Assembly (NCBI GenBank): GCA_030615605.1
Contig: JAUWYY010000005.1
Span: forward strand, 119,067 to 183,066
Direction: 5' to 3'
Source: a bacterium
Lineage (GTDB): Bacteria; Armatimonadota; Zipacnadia; Zipacnadales; Zipacnadaceae
DNA: 64,000 bases
Below, piece by piece: positions 56,646-64,000 of this stretch (within the stretch, counting starts at the first letter, position 1; every line of letters begins with the position of its first letter). Made by a program: the position numbers and the translations under genes. The notes below the pieces were generated by a model. That model was not told the DNA's origin. It saw only the letters and a list, made by a program, of their open reading frames with translations, and ran no database searches.

Positions 56646-58835
56646 TCAGATGCTTCTCAGCCTATTCACGATATCAGTGTATGCCTCATCTGTTAGGCAG
56701 TCTTGTTGCTTTGCGATGTGAGCGACACTGCTGGCCGCCTCAAACAGCCTGCGGTACGTGCCTTGGGGCACGACAGCACCCGCCGGAAAGGCAGCAAGTT
56801 CACGCCGTAGCCTGTCGTATGCCTGTCTGGCTGTCCCATTCATCTGGCCGATGGCGCCCTGTATATGCTGGTCCAGAGCGAGGGCTAGAGTGCGCAGTCT
56901 TTGGGCCCGCTCCTGCTCAACATCCTTGGGCCTCTCTTTTCGCCGTATCAGGTCTTCCTGTACCGCAGCCACGGCTTTGCCAACATCGCCATTGAACTGC
57001 TGGTCAGCGACCTGTTGAATCATCTGATAGTCATTCAGTTTCGAGGCTGCAGTGGGCTGCGAGAACTCGGTGCAGTTGGCATTCGCGACATCTTCCAACG
57101 TAAACGGATGATCCTCTGTCTGCCGGTCATTAATCTCGATGCTGGCGATGCCGTCCGCGTCGAATTTGAGCGTAAAATCCACAGCCGCAAGTTCGGGATC
57201 ATAATAGGGGGCGAAGACATATTCATCCAGACGCAGGAAACGTTCGCCTGAGGCACTGTCCGGGGTCTCTTCGCGTAGGTACAACCCGCACCGTTGGCCT
57301 TGCCCGGGACTGCCGACATAGCGAATGTCTTCGCTTGTTCCTGATGCGGGTAGGCCTCCGCCTTTGCGGATCAGTATGTCCCCCACGACTCCCTGCCAGG
57401 AATCATAATAGTAGATCCCGTAATCGAATGCCGGCTGGTCCATCCCCTCCTGCACTCTCACTGCACCGGGGACCTGTCCGATGGCAGCACAACTCGCCGC
57501 CCCGCGCGCAACCGCCTCCATCGGGTTTACAGGAAAGCCTTCTTCTTCGATCGCCTCTATCTGCTTGATGACAGATCTGTTATCGGCAAAAACACTACGC
57601 AACACCTGCCTTGCACACGGCATCCACATCGGCCCGCCGGTGAGTATGAGATAGTCTATGTCAGTCGCCTGGTAGCCGATTCGAGAAAAAGCAAAGTCTA
57701 TATGTGCTCGGAAGCGCTCAAGTATTGCTCTGTCTTCAGGACGCTTCTCCTGATACGCTTTCGCATCCCATTCGACGGTCGCCTCCCGCAGGCCCAGAAT
57801 TTCATCGAGGACAAGACAACTGCCGACTCCCTGTGGAACATTTCCCCGGTTCTGAGCCCCCCAAACGTGGACTGTCTCGCTACCATAGAGCGCCATGGTG
57901 TCAAATGCGGGCCGGCGGGAAAGTTGGACTTTGACTTCTTCCAATTGTGTGCGCCAATCTGCGAATGCCTCGCGGAATTCCCGATCAACTTGCTCGTGCT
58001 CTCCGCACAAGATCGCTTGTTGAGTCGTCCTAAGCTCCCCAAGTCCATACATATCAATTGCGGCGTCTAGCAGTGCAGTGTCAATGTCATTTCCGCCAAG
58101 ATTGACATCCCCGCGCGCCGGATCCGCAGCCATTATTTGAGGTACTCCGTCGCGGCCCTTGCGTAATCGGCATATCACAATATCCAGCGTCCCTGCGCCC
58201 CAGTCTATGACCATCACCCGCTCTGCATCCTCGGGGTCCAGTTCCAAACCGTACGCCAGTGCAGCCGCTTCTGGCTCCGTAATCAGTTTCGGGTCACAAT
58301 TAAAAACGCTGGAAGCTGCCTTTTTCAATGCTTCTATCTGACTGGAGCGAAAATATGCTGGGTGCGCAATGACAACACCGGTTATCGGTTGACCGTTCCG
58401 GTGTTGGTTTACCCCCGGGTTCTCGGCATCTTCCTTAATCCATCTGAGGATATCTGCAGTTACCTGTACCGGTGTGAGAGAGTTCTGTCCAATGCGAATG
58501 ACCGGGGCACCCTTTTCCGAGATCACCTGATATAGCAGGCGGTCGGTGGGGACTTCGTCGAAACCGCGGCCCAGCAGCGACTTGACGTCCCAGATGACCT
58601 GGGCAGGATTGATTGCCAGTTCATTCTTTGCCTCTTGCCCGACAGCCAACACCTGCTCGCCTGCCGCATCATACTTGACAAAAGAAGGGAAAACATCAGC
58701 TCTCTGAATGTCTCGGCCTTGACTATTCATCACCATTGCCGTGGAACCATCCGCAACCACAATGCCAGCGGCGGAATTGTAAGTCCCGAAATCAATTCCA
58801 ATACTCTGATTGATCGCTCTAAGCATGGAGACCAC
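56646..58835 (-). CDS. Hsp70-family (DnaK-like) ATPase, divergent 729-aa form
   Basis: 'IGIDFGTYNSAAG' (phosphate-1), 'VVIAHPAYF', 'VIDWGAGTLDIV' (phosphate-2), 'LGGNDIDTALLD'. The C-terminal half does not resemble the canonical substrate-binding domain. Confidence 0.8.
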   Translation of the reverse strand: MVSMLRAINQSIGIDFGTYNSAAGIVVADGSTAMVMNSQGRDIQRADVFPSFVKYDAAGEQVLAVGQEAKNELAINPAQVIWDVKSLLGRGFDEVPTDRLLYQVISEKGAPVIRIGQNSLTPVQVTADILRWIKEDAENPGVNQHRNGQPITGVVIAHPAYFRSSQIEALKKAASSVFNCDPKLITEPEAAALAYGLELDPEDAERVMVIDWGAGTLDIVICRLRKGRDGVPQIMAADPARGDVNLGGNDIDTALLDAAIDMYGLGELRTTQQAILCGEHEQVDREFREAFADWRTQLEEVKVQLSRRPAFDTMALYGSETVHVWGAQNRGNVPQGVGSCLVLDEILGLREATVEWDAKAYQEKRPEDRAILERFRAHIDFAFSRIGYQATDIDYLILTGGPMWMPCARQVLRSVFADNRSVIKQIEAIEEEGFPVNPMEAVARGAASCAAIGQVPGAVRVQEGMDQPAFDYGIYYYDSWQGVVGDILIRKGGGLPASGTSEDIRYVGSPGQGQRCGLYLREETPDSASGERFLRLDEYVFAPYYDPELAAVDFTLKFDADGIASIEINDRQTEDHPFTLEDVANANCTEFSQPTAASKLNDYQMIQQVADQQFNGDVGKAVAAVQEDLIRRKERPKDVEQERAQRLRTLALALDQHIQGAIGQMNGTARQAYDRLRRELAAFPAGAVVPQGTYRRLFEAASSVAHIAKQQDCLTDEAYTDIVNRLRSI

Positions 58836-58904
58836 CTTAGGTGTCGATGAGCACTCTGGAAACCGGTGAAAAGTGCTTAACTTCAGTTCTAGCAGCGGCA
58901 GGTA

Positions 58905-59744
58905 TCACTGGCTATCGGCCTCGTCGCCATCGATATCATCCAGGATTCGCCCCAAACGAAACAGAATTCCGCGCATGTTGCTTTTATTTGCCTCTGCCTT
59001 TTCGTAAAGACCTATCAGGTCCCGGCCATTCTGCCTCAAAGTTGCTAGAGTCTTGAGCATTTGAGTCCGTTCAAGGAATCCGCGATCAAGGGCCTCGCGC
59101 CAGGCATTGTAGGCATCTTCGAGCCCACCGGCGTTGCGATATAGGACCTGCCACACATCAGGAAGATCGTCGGCCCGGGCTCCTCTGCCGTTCTGTCTTG
59201 CAATAGCATAGGTCATCGCCGCCCCCGCGACCAGGCAACTAAAACACGCCAGCACAAACCAGCCGACAGAAATGCCCTTTTGAATTGAGCCAGGTGCAGC
59301 AGAGGGACTGACTTGAGGAACGGTGCGCCGAACCGAAGCAGCGTCTATCACTCTCGCAGATGCCACACCAGTGCGGTATAATCTCAAGTTACCCGGTGTC
59401 TCAACCTTCAGACCCCACTCATATTCGCCGGCCGGCACAGACACGTCCACACGCTTGCTCCACACGCCGTCTGCTGCTGTCTGGTCGCCGCCGCGCCCGC
59501 TGTCATTGAGCGCGAATTGACACACCCGCGTGCCCCGCCTGAATAGGACGGCAGTGACATGTGTGCCTGGTCGCTCAACGACGGCCTGTCCGTCTGCCGT
59601 GACACGTACGCGAATGTTCAAGTCTGCAGGCCCGACTGTCCCCACGGCGCTTTCAAATGTTGCCGCAAGGTCGTTTGAAGCAGCAGCAAACCCCTGCAAG
59701 AATGCAAGGACAGCAAAACACAAGAAGACCGCAATCCTCTTCAT
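58905..59744 (-). CDS. hypothetical single-pass membrane protein with signal peptide
   Basis: Signal peptide 'IAVFLCFAVLAFLQGFAAA'. Central TM 'VGWFVLACFSCLVAGAAMTYAI'. Sits between the Cdc48-like and Hsp70 genes. Confidence 0.5.
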   Translation of the reverse strand: MKRIAVFLCFAVLAFLQGFAAASNDLAATFESAVGTVGPADLNIRVRVTADGQAVVERPGTHVTAVLFRRGTRVCQFALNDSGRGGDQTAADGVWSKRVDVSVPAGEYEWGLKVETPGNLRLYRTGVASARVIDAASVRRTVPQVSPSAAPGSIQKGISVGWFVLACFSCLVAGAAMTYAIARQNGRGARADDLPDVWQVLYRNAGGLEDAYNAWREALDRGFLERTQMLKTLATLRQNGRDLIGLYEKAEANKSNMRGILFRLGRILDDIDGDEADSQ

Positions 59745-59779
59745 CGTATGGCCTGCCTTCTCAGCATCCTGAGTATTGT

Positions 59780-61885
59780 TTATCTTTCGAAGCCAATGCG
59801 TCGTGGCTTGACGTCAGCTACCACCTTCTTGACTTCATCAGTGGCTTGAAGGAAGTCATCCATCTGGACTGCCGCGTCGGGTGGCGGGTCGAAACCGACC
59901 TGGCGCAAGAGATTGAGACCGGCTCGACGTGTCACTTCAGCGATATCCGCTCCGGAAAAGCCATCCGTCGCCTCAGCAAGTGTTTCGAAGTCGAGTTGGC
60001 CGCACTTCAGCGGCTTGGTGTGTATGGAGAAGATCTCAGCTCGCTCTCTGGCATCCGGGAGCGGAACCTCGATCTGATAGTCAAATCGCCCGGGGCGAAG
60101 CAGAGCCGGGTCAATGACATCCACTCGATTGGTCGCACCGATGATGAACACGTGCCAGTTCTCTTGAAGCCCGTCCATTTCTGCAAGCAGTTGGTTTATG
60201 AGACTGGCGCCCGTCTGGTCAACTGGAGTTCGAGTGGCTGATATGGCGTCAATTTCATCAAAGAATATGATGCAAGGCGCTGACTCTCGGGCCTTTGAAA
60301 ATAGCTCACGCAATCTGCGTTCAGACTCTCCACGCCACTTACTCTCCAGTTCAGGGCCACGAACAGCGATGAAGTTAGCGTTGGCGCGTCTTGCCGTAGC
60401 CTTGGCCAGAAACGTCTTGCCGGTGCCCGGAGGTCCATACAGCAGCGCGCCCTGCGCAGGCTTCACTCCTATGGCCTCAAACGCCTTCGGAGCCAATAGC
60501 GGCTGTATGATGTTGTCCTCGATGAGTTGCTTAGCCCCCTGAAGACCGCCGACCGTATCCCAGGACACATCACCGGGGATTTCGACATAGAACTCTCTCA
60601 GCGCGGACGGCTTCGCGTCCTTAAGGGCCTCACGAAAATCCTGCATTTCGACTCGCGTGTCCCCCAAGTCGAGTTCGCTACTACTCAACTGCTTTTCAGA
60701 AAAGCACCTTCGTAATGCGCAATAGCCAGCCTCTCGGCATAGGGCGGCCAGGTCAGCTCCCACAAACCCGACGCTCTGATCGGCAAGTTCGTCCAGGTTC
60801 ACATCATCAGCAGTGGAAATGCCCCGGAGATGGATTTGCAGTACCTGGCGGCGGCCTTCGGTATCGGGGGCACCAATCCGTATCTCCTTCTCAAAGCGCC
60901 CTCCTCGCCGCAGAGCCGTATCGATCGCGTCAATGCGGTTTGTGGTACCGATAACAGTAACCCCCGAGGCCTCCTCCAGCCCATCCATCAGCGTCAGGAG
61001 TTGTGCTACGATGCGAGGTTCCAAGTCTCCAGTTGTCTCAGTGCGCTTAGGCGCGATGGCATCTAACTCGTCAATTAGTATTACAGCGGGCTTGTTGACA
61101 TTGGCCTCTTCAAACTTCTCGCGCAGCAGACGTTCACTTTGCCCGTAAAAGGCGCTCATTATCTCCGGGCCTTGGATGGTGACAAAATAAGCGCCGACCT
61201 GATTGCTGAGTGCTCTGGCGATGAGTGTCTTGCCAGTTCCCGGCGGGCCGTAGAGTATCAATCCCCGCGGAGCCTTGATACCAAGACGTGCAAACGCTTT
61301 TGCTGCCCTGATGGGGTATTCAACCAGTTCGCGTATCTTTTGGACCTCGTGCGCCAAGCCGCCGATGTCTGTGTAGGTAATGCCAGGCTCTCCGACGGCC
61401 AGGTGTATCTCCGCTGACGGCTCCGCTATTGTGGTTGTTATCTTAGTCAGATCGGTTACCACCGCAGTCGGAGAAGGCAAGACAGACAACACTGGGAGAG
61501 GGATGGCGCTATCCCCGGTGAACGTGTAACGTGGAATAACCAGGCCGGAAGTGAGTGGTCTTCCTTCGAGAAACCGGTAGTCCTCTGTGTGCTCGTGAAG
61601 GGGGTGATCAGGTGAGATGCCGATTTCGACGCTCGAGGCTTCGGGGTAGATGCACGACTCTACCTGAACGCTGACCCCATCATCAACCGCTAGGAATGCG
61701 CGCAGGTACTTATCGACCCGCAAGTGGGGTTCGCCTTTCTCGCTTCGCTCGACAATGGCTCCTGACTCTCTGTCATCGGCGCAGACACGTACATAGTCGC
61801 CCGGCGAGAACGTATTCTCTGGGTCAACAATGATAACCGCCGGCGTCCTGGCCAGACTCGCATCCTCGGTCAATACTGCATCCAT
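59780..61885 (-). CDS. Cdc48/VCP-like double-ring AAA+ ATPase
   Basis: Two AAA modules ('LILYGPPGTGKTLIARA...ILIDELDAI'; 'ALLYGPPGTGKTFLAKA...IIFFDEIDAI'), each with second-region-of-homology Arg residues. Cdc48-like N-domain. Confidence 0.85.
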   Translation of the reverse strand: MDAVLTEDASLARTPAVIIVDPENTFSPGDYVRVCADDRESGAIVERSEKGEPHLRVDKYLRAFLAVDDGVSVQVESCIYPEASSVEIGISPDHPLHEHTEDYRFLEGRPLTSGLVIPRYTFTGDSAIPLPVLSVLPSPTAVVTDLTKITTTIAEPSAEIHLAVGEPGITYTDIGGLAHEVQKIRELVEYPIRAAKAFARLGIKAPRGLILYGPPGTGKTLIARALSNQVGAYFVTIQGPEIMSAFYGQSERLLREKFEEANVNKPAVILIDELDAIAPKRTETTGDLEPRIVAQLLTLMDGLEEASGVTVIGTTNRIDAIDTALRRGGRFEKEIRIGAPDTEGRRQVLQIHLRGISTADDVNLDELADQSVGFVGADLAALCREAGYCALRRCFSEKQLSSSELDLGDTRVEMQDFREALKDAKPSALREFYVEIPGDVSWDTVGGLQGAKQLIEDNIIQPLLAPKAFEAIGVKPAQGALLYGPPGTGKTFLAKATARRANANFIAVRGPELESKWRGESERRLRELFSKARESAPCIIFFDEIDAISATRTPVDQTGASLINQLLAEMDGLQENWHVFIIGATNRVDVIDPALLRPGRFDYQIEVPLPDARERAEIFSIHTKPLKCGQLDFETLAEATDGFSGADIAEVTRRAGLNLLRQVGFDPPPDAAVQMDDFLQATDEVKKVVADVKPRRIGFER

Positions 61886-62175
61886 GAGTCAAGGCTCTTT
61901 CCCTTAGCTCCGCGTTATGGCATCTGATGCAATTCCTTATGACCTTTGTTCGACACGGCGCATTCATTCCCTTCCAAGTAAGTGTTTGGGCGGGCAGACG
62001 TAGCTGCGGGGGCCAGAGCCCTTGTCACTTTTCTGCCAAGAACCCTTCCTTAGGTCGGTGAACGGTATACCCCATACCGCGAAGCGCACGTTCGCACTCC
62101 ACCCCAATCTCCTGCGGGTCGAATCTCGGGGCCGCAACGAGGCGCTTGCGTATGACGTAGAGTTCCCGGTAGTAC

Positions 62176-62472
62176 TCATCGCACCGTTGCTCGAAGTCTG
62201 CCAGGGTCGTCGCATTGATGAGGTAGCGTACCGCTTCGTCTCGACTTCCCAGCTTCTTCAGAGTCATGCCACAGATCCACAACAATGTCCCGGATCGTGT
62301 GGCGACCGTCGAGCCGCTTCCAGACAAATACGCTGATTGGGTTGAGTCCGAAGCTCTTGCCCGTGTCGGGGTCAAAGAGGATTGCCCATTCGTCAGACTC
62401 CTCTCGAACCACCACGGAGGGATTGGCTATCGGCCCGTCGTTCTCTGCCACCATTTTATTGCCCCTTTGCAA
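62176..62472 (-). CDS. PqqD-family (RRE) protein, possibly frameshifted
   Basis: 'WAILFDPDTGKSFGLNPISVFVWKRLDGRHTIRDIVVDL' is the PqqD consensus. The C-terminus is atypical, and an overlapping ORF (62025..62375) may carry the rest. Confidence 0.45.
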   Translation of the reverse strand: MQRGNKMVAENDGPIANPSVVVREESDEWAILFDPDTGKSFGLNPISVFVWKRLDGRHTIRDIVVDLWHDSEEAGKSRRSGTLPHQCDDPGRLRATVR

Positions 62473-62950
62473 CTACTCGCCTTTCCGCCCCGACGCCTGA
62501 GGCCACGGGAGGCAGGGCGGGGTTAACATAGGCATTATACCCCCTCTCCCCACAATACTGTCAAGCTTGTATACACTCACCGCAGAGCGTATACAGCGGA
62601 GATTGCTCCGCCCGATTGCTAACCACCCCAGCCTCTAACAGCTCCTGAGACTCATACGCGAGGGCAAGAGGATGTCTGTAAGCGCTGTCTTCAGGTCCCT
62701 CAATATGGGATTTGCCCGTAATATCAAGCTCCTTGGGCAAAATGCAAAACACTCAAAAAAGTTATTGCAGTTGTCGGCCCCGGGGCGCCTTCGGAATTCG
62801 AGCCCACCCCTTCTGGCCAGCCCCCGTCCCTTCAGCGTACCCACACATGGCTCATTGGGCGGAACACGGAACGACGCCCTGGCGCTTGCTTGTACTTCTA
62901 CGTCTCCATTGGGGGCACCTGCCTCGTGCGGGTGGTCCTCACTCGTTGGG

Positions 62951-63712
62951 CTACTGCTCTGCCGCCAGCGCCGCAATCTGCTCCTGCAGTTCTGCAAGCT
63001 GCTCCTGCAACGCTGCCACCTGCTGCTCAAGTGTCAGCTCTTCTGACTCATCACCGTCACCATTGAGCGAGTCTATTGCAGCCCTCAGCTCCTCCTCCTG
63101 AGCGTGATTGCCATAAGTGTCAAGTGTAGTGGTGATCCGGCTGTGGCGCATCGCCGCTTTGAGCTGAGCTACACTCCTCCCGGATCGTACCAGCCGCATA
63201 GCGAACGTATGCCTCAGTACATGAGGACTCACGTTCTTCTCAATGCCCGCCTTCGCTGCCAGCCGCTTGATCACTGCCCAGACATACTCGCGCTTGATCC
63301 GGCTGCCCCGGTTGCCCTTCGTGATAGTGCAGAAGACCGGGCCGCCCTCGATGCCCAGCTCCGCCCTAGCCGCCAGCCACTCGCCCAGCCTCGCCGCGGC
63401 CTCGTTGGTCAATGGCATAGTGACACCCTTGCCGCCCTTCCCGTTGCGCACTACCACGCTGGTCAGTTGGCCGCCCTCGCGCTCCAGGTCACGCTCGTCA
63501 GTGCCCAGTGCTTCGCTTACACGCAGGCCAGTGTCTACCATAAGCGTCAGCAGCGCGAGGTTGCGCTTGCCCGTCAGATAGCGCGAGTTGACCTGCTCCA
63601 ACAGTGCAGTCAGCTCCTCTTTGCTTAGGTATTCCACGGTATTGCCTCTCCTGCTTGTCTTAACAGAATAGCCTATTGTGTTAGTTATAACACAGCCCGC
63701 CCGCGAAGTCAA
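62951..63712 (-). CDS. tyrosine recombinase/integrase
   Basis: 'HVLRHTFAMRL', 'MRHSRITTTLDTYGNH' (catalytic Tyr), 'GLRVSEALG'. C-terminal coiled-coil tail 'LEQQVAALQEQLAELQEQIAAL'. Confidence 0.8.
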   Translation of the reverse strand: MTSRAGCVITNTIGYSVKTSRRGNTVEYLSKEELTALLEQVNSRYLTGKRNLALLTLMVDTGLRVSEALGTDERDLEREGGQLTSVVVRNGKGGKGVTMPLTNEAAARLGEWLAARAELGIEGGPVFCTITKGNRGSRIKREYVWAVIKRLAAKAGIEKNVSPHVLRHTFAMRLVRSGRSVAQLKAAMRHSRITTTLDTYGNHAQEEELRAAIDSLNGDGDESEELTLEQQVAALQEQLAELQEQIAALAAEQ

Positions 63713-64000
63713 GCGCTCTTACCACTTTTGTATATCATATAGCAGTTTCGCCTGCCGGCTCTGCCCGTTTACAACAACTCCGATTCGACCCTCCTGATAA
63801 TCCCTTTTCCGCTCGCCTGCAACCGCTAACTGCTCGCCCTATCTGCTTAGACTCCGCCTATGCTACGTTCATTCGCGCTGTAAGCCCCGCTCTGCCCTCA
63901 GGCACGGCTTAACAACAACCCAACCCCCTGTCGATGCGTCCTGTGACCTGCTGTGGCCCATCAATGGGCGCTTCTATGCCGCCATGCTCTCTCCGACGAC

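Noticed and set aside
62025-62375. 116-aa minus-strand ORF overlapping the PqqD-like ORF
   Set aside because: It overlaps the PqqD frame and has no recognisable domain. It is possibly the displaced C-terminal part of a frameshifted PqqD rather than a separate gene.
1-64000. CRISPR arrays, rRNA or tRNA genes
   Set aside because: No regularly spaced short repeats were seen. No cloverleaf-like or rRNA-like conserved stretches were recognised near any integrase gene. Cannot be fully excluded without tRNAscan/Infernal.

Overview
GC-rich (~60%) bacterial mosaic accessory region with no rRNA, tRNA or CRISPR detected. It carries four tyrosine recombinase genes and degraded IS3, IS21 and IS5-like fragments. 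Lineage hint: an H-X9-DG (DUF1559) protein suggests a Planctomycetota/Verrucomicrobiota-like or related phylum. Four parts stand out.

(1) A ~12-kb island (7.3-20.2 kb) bounded by two same-strand integrases carries a compact ubiquitin-like conjugation operon in Bil-like order: a beta-grasp Ubl, a UBC-like E2, a JAB/JAMM peptidase and a ThiF/MoeB-type E1. A tandem-duplicated pair of small two-TM proteins and a Cys-rich membrane protein follow it. Two paralogous HerA/FtsK-superfamily ATPases fused to a wHTH and a PD-(D/E)xK-like nuclease flank the region; one sits directly upstream of an integrase.

(2) A RiPP biosynthetic cluster of the 'HPr-rel-A' type lies at 21.4-31.0 kb. It holds a nucleotidyltransferase, a PqqD RRE, an S26-peptidase-PqqD fusion, two radical SAM/SPASM enzymes, an HprK-related kinase, an ABC exporter and a candidate precursor peptide. 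The precursor has a tandem Cys repeat (GTCxxPGNSP x2) and sits behind a textbook sigma70 promoter.

(3) A long plus-strand cluster (41.3-53.4 kb) contains zinc-ribbon-tipped membrane proteins, a zinc-ribbon/H-X9-DG (DUF1559) protein, two ExbD/TolR-like proteins, a zinc-ribbon-MotA/ExbB fusion, a TPR protein and a 1180-aa surface protein.

(4) A minus-strand operon (54.0-61.9 kb) encodes a Cdc48-like double-AAA ATPase, a divergent 729-aa Hsp70 and three membrane proteins.

Also present are a MoxR AAA+/VWA-metallopeptidase pair and an AT-rich 650-bp insert flanked by perfect 14-bp direct repeats.
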